Below, one piece after another: positions 17,230 to 27,178 of a stretch of DNA of 41,338 bases. The stretch's first letter is position 1; each line of letters begins with the position of its first letter. Below the pieces are notes generated by a model. The model had not been told where the DNA came from and did no database searches. It worked only from the letters and a program-made list of their open reading frames with translations. Source of the stretch: a virus (Duplodnaviria; Caudoviricetes). The position numbers and the translations under genes are program-made. Location: positions 1 to 41,338 of the IMG/VR virus record IMGVR_UViG_3300037313_000552, one strand, 5' to 3'.

Positions 17230-17665
17230 GTACGTTCGGGGGGATCGTTCGTTCACCCGGCTCCTCAAGCAAATGCCGGATACGGTTGCCGATGAACTGA
17301 GAACGGAACTCGGCAAGACAGGGCGCTCTGTTCTCGCGCTCCAGCGGCGCCGCGCTCCGTTCCGCACCGGAGCGTTGCAGGCGGGATTATCTTACGCGGT
17401 CACTCCCAAGCGCCTTAGCCTCAAGGTCGGCCTTGTCGGCAAGGCGATCAATCGCAAGTTGTTTTACGGATGGTTCGTCCAGTGGGGCCGCAAGGGCGGC
17501 GGTCGCGGAGTCAAGCGCAAGAGCGCGAAATATGCGGCTGGTGTCGGTTCGATGCCGCCGCATCCGTTCGTGTTCATCGCCGGGCTGAGAGAGCAGATTT
17601 ACCCTGCTTACCGCAACATCTGGGAGCGTGTGTTGAGAAAGGCCGGAGGGCAGAGCGATGATTGA
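17222..17665 (+). CDS. HK97 gp10-like tail completion protein
   Basis: APFRTGALQ, FYGWFVQWG, MPPHPF. Confidence 0.85.
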   Translation: MRRYVRGDRSFTRLLKQMPDTVADELRTELGKTGRSVLALQRRRAPFRTGALQAGLSYAVTPKRLSLKVGLVGKAINRKLFYGWFVQWGRKGGGRGVKRKSAKYAAGVGSMPPHPFVFIAGLREQIYPAYRNIWERVLRKAGGQSDD

Positions 17666-18059
17666 TGCCCAATCCGCGGTTCAGGTCGCGATATTCTCAA
17701 AGCTGAACGCTGCGGCCGGAGTCACCGCTCTCGCTGACGTTTGGCAGAATCCGCCGGAGAATACCCAACCGGGACACAAGGGCCTCGTCATTATCGGACT
17801 GGTTTCGCTGGATGCGGATCAGGACATGGCTGGGACCATCGACAAGGCGATCATCTCGGTATTCACCCAAGTCCGCAAGACCGACGCCCGTGAGCTATAT
17901 GCGCTGAACGCTGCGGTCAGGACCGCGATCGACGGGCAGGTGGTCACTGCATCCGGCGCCACGATTTCGCGCCCGCGATTCCTCTCGGCCGATCCTCATT
18001 TGATGGAGGACGGGCAGACTTACGAGGACGAGCTCAAGTTCGAGATGTTCGTACAATAA
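17658..18059 (+). CDS. Tail terminator (DUF3168-like)
   Basis: VQ.AIFSKL N-terminus; position before major tail protein. Confidence 0.8.
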   Translation: MIDAQSAVQVAIFSKLNAAAGVTALADVWQNPPENTQPGHKGLVIIGLVSLDADQDMAGTIDKAIISVFTQVRKTDARELYALNAAVRTAIDGQVVTASGATISRPRFLSADPHLMEDGQTYEDELKFEMFVQ

Positions 18060-18103
18060 CCGCCCCGCTGAGAAGCGGTGCATCCCTCAGATGGAGCACT
18101 TAA

Positions 18104-18541
18104 ATGAGTGTAAAATTAGGCAACGACTATCGGCTGTGGATCGAAAGCGCCACGCCGGGCACCTACAATTTGATCGCCGGTCAGCAGGATCTGTCGGTCA
18201 ACCGCAACGGGCAGACGATCGACATTTCCTCGAAGAACGACTTCCCTTACGCCGCGCAGGCGGCCGGCGCGCGGACGCTGAACATCTCCCTGTCCGGTGT
18301 CGCCGACCTCCCCGACGCTAACGGCTACACCCGCCTGGAGACGCAGGCCAACCTCACGGTTGCGACCCCGTTCAACGTCCAGGTCCGCAAGGGCGGTTCT
18401 TCGGGTTCGGGTTCGGACGTTGTGTTCCAGGGCTCGATGTACGCGACGGACTTCAACCAGTCGATGGGCCGCAATGACGCCGTGAAATACAGCGTCACTC
18501 TGGTTGCCTCGGCGGCGCCGACCACGGACGTTCTCGCCTAA
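18104..18541 (+). CDS. Major tail tube protein
   Basis: TP901-1/GTA-like: IDISSK, ISLSGV, FQGSMY.TDF, VKYSVTL. Confidence 0.88.
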   Translation: MSVKLGNDYRLWIESATPGTYNLIAGQQDLSVNRNGQTIDISSKNDFPYAAQAAGARTLNISLSGVADLPDANGYTRLETQANLTVATPFNVQVRKGGSSGSGSDVVFQGSMYATDFNQSMGRNDAVKYSVTLVASAAPTTDVLA

Positions 18542-18810
18542 TGAAGATCGGCAAGCTCACGCTGGAGACGGCCGCCCCCAACGCGGAACGGCTGCTCTCC
18601 AGCACCGGCTTATCGGTCGCGGAAATGCGCTCGATGCTGTCGGGGTCGCTCGCCGCCCACCTTCTAGCGCGGGCGATCAATGCCTGTCTCGAAGAGGCAC
18701 TGGAAGTCGCGTCTCTTGCCGAAGCCATTGCCGAGCATGGCGTCGAGGCAGTTCGGGAAGAGGTTCTGAAGCTTTACCAGAAGGAGCCGAAGCGTGGCGG
18801 AAAAGCCTGA
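18541..18810 (+). CDS. Hypothetical protein in tail module
   Basis: TAATG coupling; helical 89 aa. Confidence 0.65.
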   Translation: MKIGKLTLETAAPNAERLLSSTGLSVAEMRSMLSGSLAAHLLARAINACLEEALEVASLAEAIAEHGVEAVREEVLKLYQKEPKRGGKA

Positions 18811-19207
18811 AGAGGTTGACCTTCTCGGTCAGCTTACGGTCGATCTCGATGCCGAATACACGCTTCGCCCCTCCCGGCAGGCGATCTCGAACATCGAAAA
18901 GGCGCTCGGCAAGGCGTTGCCGCAACTGACGGTGCAGTGTGGATCCCTCGCACTTCCGGTCGAGGAATTGGGCATCTGCATTGCCGAGCTGATGAAGGCT
19001 TATGCGGTGTTCGATCCCGACGCGGGAACGGTTTACAAGGCACCCAATCCGGCAAAGATTGCCGACCTCATCTATGAGCATGGGCCAGTCGATACGGCCC
19101 GCAGGCTCGCGATCATCTTCACTGGCGCTCTGACGGGTGGATACACCGCGGCGGGGGAACCGAAGGCGGCGGGGATGATGACGGAGCCGACCCTGACCGC
19201 CGCCTGA
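18794..19207 (+). CDS. Tail assembly chaperone (gpG-like)
   Basis: YTLRPS..AI..IE..LG (GTA gp10-like); slippery GGGGGAA near 3' end. Confidence 0.8.
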   Translation: MAEKPEEVDLLGQLTVDLDAEYTLRPSRQAISNIEKALGKALPQLTVQCGSLALPVEELGICIAELMKAYAVFDPDAGTVYKAPNPAKIADLIYEHGPVDTARRLAIIFTGALTGGYTAAGEPKAAGMMTEPTLTAA

Positions 19208-19326
19208 TCGGCTTCGTCCAGGCCGCTTTAGGCTGGACTTCGCGCCAGTTCATGGACGCGACCAATCACGAGATTTTCGCCGCCTATGAAGCGTGGCGAG
19301 ACATGAACTGCACGAAGGAGGGATGA
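19153..19326 (+). CDS. Tail assembly chaperone -1 frame extension (gpT-like)
   Basis: -1 frame open from GGGGGAA (19153-19159) to TGA 19326; encodes ALGWTSRQFMDATNHEI (LGW.P..F..AT..E chaperone motif). Confidence 0.8.
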   Translation, partial: GGTEGGGDDDGADPDRRLIGFVQAALGWTSRQFMDATNHEIFAAYEAWRDMNCTKEG

Positions 19327-22322
19327 TGGCAACCGATCGCGCCGTTTCCCAGCTTGTCCTTCAGGTTGACGCGAATATCGCCGTTGCCCAGCGCTCGCTT
19401 CAGGAGCTTGCCAGAACCGTCAATCAGACGACCGGGCAGATGAACAATGCGCTGGGCTCAACGGCGCAAGCACACGGTCGGCTGAGCGGCGCGTTCAATC
19501 AATCCCGCCTTGCCCAGATGGAATTGTCGCACGTCATGACGGCGAGCGTCGATGCCTACGCGGCTGGCGCTTCGCCGCTCCGCATCCTGTCCCTCGAAAT
19601 GGGCCGCGTTGCCCAGGCCGCGTCCTTCATGGGCGGCGGGACCGGAGTGATGGGCAAGGTCGGCGCGTTCATGTCGGGGCCGTGGGGCATCGCGGTTCTT
19701 CTTGCTACTGCGGTGTTGGGCCAGCTTATCACCAAGTTTGCGGCGGGTAGTGAGTCTGTCGCCGATCTCGTGCAGAAGATGCGCGAGCACGCGAAAGAGG
19801 CGGCCAAGAGCAAGCTCGCCGATGAGGAATGGTCGCACTCGATCGACGGTTTGATTGAGCGCAACGAAAAGCTAATCGACACGCTGAAGCAGCGCCTCAA
19901 GACGCAGGAGGATGTCAGCCTTCAGGAATTGCAGGCCGCCCACCGCGACGAGGCTACGGCGCAAAAGGCCGTCACCGACGCGCAAAATAAGCTACGCAAT
20001 CTATTGGCACAGCAGGCGGCGAGCCAGCGCGGCGTCGGCATTGGGCAGGGCGGATCGCCAACCGGCTCTTCGTCGGTTATCGATGCACAGATAGCAAGGG
20101 CCAGAGAGGAGCTTGCCACCGCTCAGCAGGCGCTTGGTACCGCCCGTGCGGCGATCACCCAGAGCACCATCGCGGTTGGCGAGGAGCAGGGCAAGGCGCT
20201 GGCCGACATGAGCGCCGCGGTCGATCTCTGGGCCAAGCGTTATCAGTCGGCTCTGCACGGCATCGAACAGGCCAACAAGGGGGCGTTGGCCGGGCAAACC
20301 GAGACCCTGACCAACGCCTTTGAATCCGTTCGCAAGGCGATGGGCGATGCGGCCAGCGCCGGGGCTGGAAACGCATTCTACAGTGCGCGCAATCAGGCCA
20401 AGGACCTCGGTGTCCAACTGGAGCAGGGCAAGATCACGGTCGCGAAATATGCGTCCGAGATGCAGAAGCTTGCGACCTCTCTTGAGGCCGCCGCCAAGGC
20501 CGCTCGGGACGCGAAGAAGGGCACGGGCGAGTTCGGCAAAGAGATCAGCTTTACCGACGCGGCCAATATCGCGAAGGGCGCCGGCCTAACCGTTACTAGC
20601 GCCTATCGCAGCACAGCACACCAGCGCGACCTCTACAATGATCCGCGTTATAACCGGCCAGGCAATCCTGTAGCGCGACCGGGCACCTCTGCTCACGAGG
20701 GCGTCAACGGCAAGTGGGCGCTCGACATCGCGTTCGCGCCCGGCCTCACGCCGGAGAAAATCAAGAAGATTTACGGGGCAGAGGGCGTGAGTCTTTCCGC
20801 CATCTATAAGGAAAAGGGCCACTTCCACATTGAGGGAAGCCGGTCACAGGCCGCCGCCGCGGAAAATGCCCAAGCGCGAGCCGAGCAAAAGGCCAAGGTG
20901 GACGATGACACGTTCGCCCGCGAGAGTGCTGCGCTTGACGCTGAAATCCTCCAGACGAAGAAAGAGCTTGCGGCCGGCTATGACACGCAAGCCGCTCTCG
21001 CAACGCAGGAAGTAGAGGCTCAGAAAACCGCGCAACTAGCTTCGATCCAGAAGCAGCTTGACGCAAAGCAGATTGGGGATGCTGAAGCCAAGTCGCTGCG
21101 CCTTCAGGTCGAAGAGTTGGCGGCACAGCGCGAGGGCATTGTCGCTCGCCGGAAATATACCGACGATCTGGAGGCGCTGGCCCGTTCGGCTCAGCAGGAG
21201 AGCGAGTTCAAGATTGCCGACCTCCGTTTCGCCGACGAGATGGCGAAAACGCAGGGCGAGCATCGTTCCCTTCAGCTTCAGATCCTCGATATCCAGTATC
21301 AGCAGAAGGAAGCCGACCTAAAGCGTCTCCTTCTCACCATTCAATCGAACAAGGACTTCGCCACCTCCGTCGCCCTTCAGCAGCAGGCGATGGACGTTCA
21401 GGCCCAGCTCGCGCGCATCCCGATTGAGCGGGCGCAGGATCAGTCTCGCGTTCAGCAAGGCACGCTTGATCCTCTCCAGCAATATTTGAGCGGCATTCCG
21501 CACACCGCGGCCCAGGTCAACGAAGCGCTCAAGACCCTTGAGGTTCAGGGGCTGGACGGCCTCGCCAATGCCCTTTCTCACATCGGGGAAGGGTGGAAGG
21601 CGATGCGCGATATTGCCCTTTCGACCATTCAGGACATCGTTTCCGCGCTCATCAAAATGCAGATCGAGAAGATGTTCTTCTCGCTGCTTGGTGGCGCGGC
21701 TGGAGGTGCGGGCGCGGGTGCCGGAATAGTAGACCTTACCGGACCTGCGTTTGCTGGAGCATTTCCAGCCTTTGCTGACGGCGGTTTCGTTTCAGGCCGT
21801 GGTGGTCCTACCTCCGACAGTATCCCAGCGATGCTCTCCAATGGTGAATATGTGATGAGCGCTGAGGCCGTTCGCAAGTTCGGCGCTGGCTTTCTTGACG
21901 CGATGAACGAAGGCAAAATACCGCATAAGAAGCATGGGGGGTTGCTCGGCGGATTGTTTGGCGGGCTGTTCGGACTGACGGGTTTGCTCGCGACCGGAAC
22001 GCTCAAACCGAAAGACTTGCTTCCGATTCTCAGCCCCGGTCTCGCTCTGGCGACGGGTCACGCTGGCGTGCTCAAATATCTCAGTCCGGGCGGAATGCTC
22101 GCAAGCAAGATGTTCGGGCATGAGGCATCAAGCATTCCGCAGCCCTCCAGGATTTCACCTCCACGTGCTGCGAACTTCAACGCTGCCGGAGGCAACATCT
22201 TCTATATCAACATCACGGCGCCGAATACAGGTAACCAGCGCAGGGACAGGGCCACTGCGCTCCAGCAGGCGGGCATGGTGCGTGAGGCGGTGGCGACGGC
22301 CAATCGCAAAGGGGCGGCATAG
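19326..22322 (+). CDS. Tape measure protein with internal M15-like peptidase domain
   Basis: Long Ala/Gln-rich helical protein; FADGG..SG.GGPTSDSIPAMLSNGEYV C-terminus; AAGGAGG RBS before ATG 19323/19326. Confidence 0.93.
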   Translation: MATDRAVSQLVLQVDANIAVAQRSLQELARTVNQTTGQMNNALGSTAQAHGRLSGAFNQSRLAQMELSHVMTASVDAYAAGASPLRILSLEMGRVAQAASFMGGGTGVMGKVGAFMSGPWGIAVLLATAVLGQLITKFAAGSESVADLVQKMREHAKEAAKSKLADEEWSHSIDGLIERNEKLIDTLKQRLKTQEDVSLQELQAAHRDEATAQKAVTDAQNKLRNLLAQQAASQRGVGIGQGGSPTGSSSVIDAQIARAREELATAQQALGTARAAITQSTIAVGEEQGKALADMSAAVDLWAKRYQSALHGIEQANKGALAGQTETLTNAFESVRKAMGDAASAGAGNAFYSARNQAKDLGVQLEQGKITVAKYASEMQKLATSLEAAAKAARDAKKGTGEFGKEISFTDAANIAKGAGLTVTSAYRSTAHQRDLYNDPRYNRPGNPVARPGTSAHEGVNGKWALDIAFAPGLTPEKIKKIYGAEGVSLSAIYKEKGHFHIEGSRSQAAAAENAQARAEQKAKVDDDTFARESAALDAEILQTKKELAAGYDTQAALATQEVEAQKTAQLASIQKQLDAKQIGDAEAKSLRLQVEELAAQREGIVARRKYTDDLEALARSAQQESEFKIADLRFADEMAKTQGEHRSLQLQILDIQYQQKEADLKRLLLTIQSNKDFATSVALQQQAMDVQAQLARIPIERAQDQSRVQQGTLDPLQQYLSGIPHTAAQVNEALKTLEVQGLDGLANALSHIGEGWKAMRDIALSTIQDIVSALIKMQIEKMFFSLLGGAAGGAGAGAGIVDLTGPAFAGAFPAFADGGFVSGRGGPTSDSIPAMLSNGEYVMSAEAVRKFGAGFLDAMNEGKIPHKKHGGLLGGLFGGLFGLTGLLATGTLKPKDLLPILSPGLALATGHAGVLKYLSPGGMLASKMFGHEASSIPQPSRISPPRAANFNAAGGNIFYINITAPNTGNQRRDRATALQQAGMVREAVATANRKGAA

Positions 22323-22691
22323 GTGCATATTCCCCAGCAGCTCCCGCGCAATATCGAGAACGGCGCCCGCCGCAGCCTGATGTGGGATATTGAGATCGTC
22401 ACCACTGACGGCGGCAGCGAGGTCCGCAACCAGCGCTGGGCAACACCGCTCAGAACCTGGGAGATCGGCTATAACAACGGCGCCTTGACCAATGCTGACC
22501 ACGCGACGGTCGAGCGAATGTTCTATCAGACGGAAGGCGGGGTTCACACCTTCAATTGGTGGGATGAGCGCGGCAACAACGGCGCCGGAGAGATGGTCAA
22601 GGTCAGGTTCGATACCGACCTTCAGTTCACCAACACGGTTGGGCCGTATCACCACCTCGACAGCTTCACGATCAAGGAGGTGCGCGAGTGA
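22323..22691 (+). CDS. Distal tail protein (DUF2460-like, short form)
   Basis: EIVTTDGGSEVRNQRW..PLR.W, F.WWD, VRFDTD. Confidence 0.8.
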   Translation: MHIPQQLPRNIENGARRSLMWDIEIVTTDGGSEVRNQRWATPLRTWEIGYNNGALTNADHATVERMFYQTEGGVHTFNWWDERGNNGAGEMVKVRFDTDLQFTNTVGPYHHLDSFTIKEVRE

Positions 22692-23542
22692 GGACGCTTA
22701 GCAGCGCTCTCGCAACCCATCTTTCCGGACGCTCCCACACCCGCTGCTCAATGCTTCTGCTCAGCCTCAGAGACGGCACGAGTATCGGAATCACCGACCA
22801 CGACCAACCGCTGACTTTCGACATTGGCGACGGGTCCGTGACCTATTCGGCAAGAACCGGCATTCTCACTTCCAACGTGTCGCTATCGTGCGGGCTGGAG
22901 GCCGACAATTACGAAGTCACTGGACCCCTAAGTGATCTGGTCACGAAGGAAGCGGTTCTCGGAGGACGCTACAACCGGGCGCGGGCAAGGCTGTTCGAGG
23001 TCAATTGGAAAGACCTCTCGGCCGACGCGATCAAGATCCTCGCCGGTTACGTTTCGGAAGCGAGGATCGAGGGCGGCAAGTTCATCTTTGAAATCCGCTC
23101 AGATGTCGATTTCTACAACCAGATGGTGGGCCGCGTCATCACCAATATGTGCGATGCGGACTTCGGTGATGGGATCAGGTGCCACGGAACGCCAACTTCG
23201 GTTGTCGGGACCGTCACAGCCGTAACTGACGCTATGCGGTTCACGGTGTCGTTTACGGGCTCCTACGCCAACGACTTCTTCAACAAGGGAACGGTTCAGT
23301 TCCTGACTGGCGCGCTGGCCGGAACCGACAAGATCGAGATCGAGAACTGGACTTCAGCGGGGGCGATAACGCTCTTCGCTCCAGCGGTCGAAAATCCAGC
23401 GATCGGCGACACGCTGACGATCAAGGATGGCTGCGCGAAAACCCGTGATGCCTGCAAGGCGCATGGGCAGATATTGAACTTCCGGGGCTATCCAGAAGTG
23501 CCTGGCCGCAAGGCGCTAATGCCTGCGATACCGGGGCAGTAA
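22688..23542 (+). CDS. Baseplate hub protein (DUF2163/BR0599)
   Basis: G.TDHDQPL, GRYNRA...FEVNW, CDADFGD..C, GCAKT..AC...NFRGYPEVPG. Confidence 0.92.
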   Translation: MRTLSSALATHLSGRSHTRCSMLLLSLRDGTSIGITDHDQPLTFDIGDGSVTYSARTGILTSNVSLSCGLEADNYEVTGPLSDLVTKEAVLGGRYNRARARLFEVNWKDLSADAIKILAGYVSEARIEGGKFIFEIRSDVDFYNQMVGRVITNMCDADFGDGIRCHGTPTSVVGTVTAVTDAMRFTVSFTGSYANDFFNKGTVQFLTGALAGTDKIEIENWTSAGAITLFAPAVENPAIGDTLTIKDGCAKTRDACKAHGQILNFRGYPEVPGRKALMPAIPGQ

Positions 23543-23988
23543 TGCCGCGCAAAAAGAAGGATCGCGGCGCTCTCGTGGCGGCAGCACTTCCGTCATGGGA
23601 AGGAACGCCATTTCAGGACCACCAGCGCTGCAAGGGCGCTGGCGTCGATTGCAAGGGGCTTCTGTGGGGCGTGGCCGACGAGCTCGGGTTTCCCGAGGCT
23701 CAGTCAGAATATGCCCAAACGATCGATTACAACCTTCGCTCACGAAACGGGATCCCGTCCGCCCGTTTGAAAGAGGGCTTCGCCGCCCTATTCGATCCCG
23801 TCACGGACGAAAGGAAGTCGGGCGACATCCTGCTCTGCAAGCATGACGGGCAGGTTGGGCATATCGCGATTTTCGACGGCGAGAGGGCGTGGAACGCACT
23901 TCCCGGCTCGGGGGTGAAGTCGCGGACCTTGAGAAGCCTGTTTCACAAGTACCCATTGGACAGCGTGTGGCGGTGGAGGTCTAATTGA
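23542..23988 (+). CDS. NlpC/P60-family tail peptidase
   Basis: W.GTPF.....KGAGVDC.GL, GDILL, GHIAI. Confidence 0.9.
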   Translation: MPRKKKDRGALVAAALPSWEGTPFQDHQRCKGAGVDCKGLLWGVADELGFPEAQSEYAQTIDYNLRSRNGIPSARLKEGFAALFDPVTDERKSGDILLCKHDGQVGHIAIFDGERAWNALPGSGVKSRTLRSLFHKYPLDSVWRWRSN

Positions 23989-26900
23989 TCCCCAAGATTG
24001 TCGTCACCGTCGCCCTGATGGCCATGCAAATGGCTCTTCAGGCTACCCAGAAGGTCAGAGGTCCGCGCCTCGATAGCCTGAAGACGACAACCGCCGAATA
24101 TGGAACACCAATTTCAAGGTTCTGGGGCAAGCGCAAGTTTGAGTGCCCAGTCATCATGGCGGCGGACCTTATCGAGACGCAGCACACGTCAAAGGGAAAG
24201 GCCGGTAAGAACACTCAATACAAATACTTCGCCGACTTCGCGATTCTGATCTGCGACCATGAAATAGACGCCGTTACCCGGATCTGGATGGACGAAAAGC
24301 TCGTCTATCAAACCACGGATGCGGGACCGACATCGGTAGGTGCCGCGGCCAATCTCACAGTCGGCGGCAACATGCGGATTTATCTGGGCACGGAAACCCA
24401 AGATCCAGACCCGATGATCGAAGCATGGTGCGACGATCGCTATGGACCCAACTCTTGCCCCGCCTACAGGGGTTCCGCGTACATCGCCTTTGAACGTCTG
24501 CCGGTAAACAATTTCGGCAACCGTATTCCGAACATCACGGTCGAGGCGGTTAGCTCGAAAACTCCAGCCTATCCGTGGGAGTTCACCGCCTCAACGGACA
24601 CGTTCATTAACAAGCGCTTTTCTCCAGACGGAATGCGGCTCTACGCGATTTCGGCTTACATTCAGGTGTTCGACGTTCCGAACCGCTCTCCGCTCATCTA
24701 TCAGACCTTTTCGAGCGGCCTCGGCACGAGTGTTCCCTACGCCTTCGGAGCTGACGGCATCTACGGAATGGATGTCGTTGGGCAGCACCTTTATCTGGTC
24801 GGTTTTGACGGCGGGATAACCGATCTGGGCTCTACCGGGGGCGGCGGCTGGACGAACGGCGTTTGGTTGGCCGGCGGTGAAATGTATCTGGCGCCAGGAT
24901 CATTTGCCGGTCAGAGCCAAGCCATTGCGGCTGTTCCTGCAGCTCCTGTTTCGGTCAACTATTACGCATCCTGCTATTTCACGACCACCGATGGGGATGC
25001 AATCGGTGTCGGTCCGACAGATACAACTGCCAGCGCGCACCATCTGGCGATCGGCCCGGCACTTCAGAACGCGACGATTATCGATACGACCGCTTATGGC
25101 ACGACTGGCGTAGCCTATGGCTTCGATAACGGAACGAACTTTGTGGTTCGGCAGGGAAGCTATCTCTTCCTGACCACAAGAACAGCGCCTTATTCGATCG
25201 TTTCTGCGGTCAACACTGGTTCGAACATGGCCGCAGATCCGGTGTGCACTTATACCGCGATTGAGCCGGGGGCGGATTGGTGGTGGGATGGGCTGCAACG
25301 CCGCAGCTCGGCGGACCTTTCGGTTCTCCAGACTGCGACGCTCACGGACTGGTCGGGATCGGCCCGCGCCGCCGAAGTCGTCGGGACAATCTATGATCGC
25401 GTGAACGACGCTCTTCTGAGCTTCGACACGATCACCGATCCCGGTGTTATCTGGCGCTACCTTAATCGCGTCGGCTCAAGTGCGGTAACCCTAAAGACCG
25501 TTGTGGACGGTGTTTCCGGATGGGCGTTTCCAACAGGTGCAACCCTTCCTGACACTTCCGCTCTCACGCAACCCGTTCTCGGTTACTCAGTCACACAGGG
25601 CGCGGGCAAGGAGATGATCGGCCCGCTGCTCGACATTCACGATGTCGATTGCCGGCCGCATGATTTCGGAATCCAGTTCGTTAATCGCGGAGGCTCCCCC
25701 TCCGGAACGATTCTGACTGAGGATTTCGTAAGGAATGGAGATGAGGCCCGCTACACCGTCACGATCCAGCAGGACACGGATCTTCCTCGCAAGCTGACGT
25801 TCAATTACGCCGATAACGACCATGAGCAGCAGGCGAACAACGCGATAGCGCAACGGCCGTTCGATGCGGTAAACACGACACGAGAGGAAACGATCGACCT
25901 CTCGACCTATGCCGATACGGCGGACGGAGCCCAACAGAAAGCCGATCGGTTCCTCAGAAGGCTCTGGAACAGCCGGGAGCGGATCAAGAATAGCCTGACC
26001 GCACAGAAGCTGGCGCTGGAGCCGGGAGATGTAACCACCGTCTCGCTGGACGGGGTACTTAGAAACGTCCGGCTCGACAAGTGGACCAAGGCGCAGAGCG
26101 TACTTCAATGCGAGTTCGTTCGTGATGAAGTCTCTGTTGCCGCGGTCAATTCGGCCACGACCGGCGCGGACATGCAAGGCAACGATGTCCAGACGATCAC
26201 CGTTCCAACGGAGACCAAAGGATTCATCATCGATGCTCCATTAGTTCAGGATGCCGACAACGATGTGAACCCTGTGCTTTACTATGCGGCCGGGACTTAC
26301 GGAACGGGAACCTGGCTCGGGGCCACGGTAAACGAGCAAGACACGGCAGGAGATTATTCGATCCTGTTCGGCTCGGTGGACTCGACCAACGGAGCGACAT
26401 GGGGCTTTGCGACTTCGGCTCTGGGGACTGCCAACCCGAACCTCTGGGATCGCGGCAACAGCGTCACCGTGAGCGTTTACGGAACGCTGACTTCGAGCAC
26501 TGAAGCCGCGATCAATGCCGACCCATCGCTCAACCTCATTGCCTTGGGAACGGACGACCGCTGGGAATATCTCCAGTTCGTCACGGCAAACCTCACCGGA
26601 ACATCGGGCAACGCCAATCTCTACACCCTCTCTGGTTTCAAGCGAGGGCGCAGGGGGACCGAGGGCAATGTCGGCAACCACGCCAGCGGGGATTCGCTGA
26701 TCGTTCTCTCCAATGCCGTTCCGATCGAGATCGGGACCGATGCGATTGGCGATGCTCTGTCGTTCAAGATCCAGTCTCTTGGTCGGGACGTTGACGCGGC
26801 TCCGGCAATCGATCTCACCTATGACGGCAATACGCTGAAGCCCTACGCCCCAGCTCGGGTCAAATGGGTTTACAACGGCACCGACCTTCAAGGAACGATT

Positions 26901-27158
26901 TTCCGCCGCGCCAGAGTGGGCGGTGCGTGGACATCGACAAGCTGGGTTGTTCCGCTTGGTGAGACCTCGGAAGAATATGAAATCGACGTGATTGTCAGCG
27001 GCTCTGTGGTCCGCACGGTCACGGTCAGCGGGACGAACGTGTTTACCTATACCGCCGCAATGGCAACAGCGGACGGCGTAACACTCCCCACGCCCCCGTC
27101 AATTCGTGCTTACCAGATGAGTTCTGTCGTCGGCCGCGGCTTCGCGCTCGCCGCTTAA
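23985..27158 (+). CDS. Tail tip / host-specificity protein (GTA megatron / phage-tail_3-like)
   Basis: YGTPI...WG, RIW.DEKL, PAYRG.AYI.FE.L....FGNRIPNI, LEPGDV, RGRRGTE. Confidence 0.92.
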   Translation: MIPKIVVTVALMAMQMALQATQKVRGPRLDSLKTTTAEYGTPISRFWGKRKFECPVIMAADLIETQHTSKGKAGKNTQYKYFADFAILICDHEIDAVTRIWMDEKLVYQTTDAGPTSVGAAANLTVGGNMRIYLGTETQDPDPMIEAWCDDRYGPNSCPAYRGSAYIAFERLPVNNFGNRIPNITVEAVSSKTPAYPWEFTASTDTFINKRFSPDGMRLYAISAYIQVFDVPNRSPLIYQTFSSGLGTSVPYAFGADGIYGMDVVGQHLYLVGFDGGITDLGSTGGGGWTNGVWLAGGEMYLAPGSFAGQSQAIAAVPAAPVSVNYYASCYFTTTDGDAIGVGPTDTTASAHHLAIGPALQNATIIDTTAYGTTGVAYGFDNGTNFVVRQGSYLFLTTRTAPYSIVSAVNTGSNMAADPVCTYTAIEPGADWWWDGLQRRSSADLSVLQTATLTDWSGSARAAEVVGTIYDRVNDALLSFDTITDPGVIWRYLNRVGSSAVTLKTVVDGVSGWAFPTGATLPDTSALTQPVLGYSVTQGAGKEMIGPLLDIHDVDCRPHDFGIQFVNRGGSPSGTILTEDFVRNGDEARYTVTIQQDTDLPRKLTFNYADNDHEQQANNAIAQRPFDAVNTTREETIDLSTYADTADGAQQKADRFLRRLWNSRERIKNSLTAQKLALEPGDVTTVSLDGVLRNVRLDKWTKAQSVLQCEFVRDEVSVAAVNSATTGADMQGNDVQTITVPTETKGFIIDAPLVQDADNDVNPVLYYAAGTYGTGTWLGATVNEQDTAGDYSILFGSVDSTNGATWGFATSALGTANPNLWDRGNSVTVSVYGTLTSSTEAAINADPSLNLIALGTDDRWEYLQFVTANLTGTSGNANLYTLSGFKRGRRGTEGNVGNHASGDSLIVLSNAVPIEIGTDAIGDALSFKIQSLGRDVDAAPAIDLTYDGNTLKPYAPARVKWVYNGTDLQGTIFRRARVGGAWTSTSWVVPLGETSEEYEIDVIVSGSVVRTVTVSGTNVFTYTAAMATADGVTLPTPPSIRAYQMSSVVGRGFALAA

Positions 27159-27178
27159 AACACCGGAGAAATTGCCGA

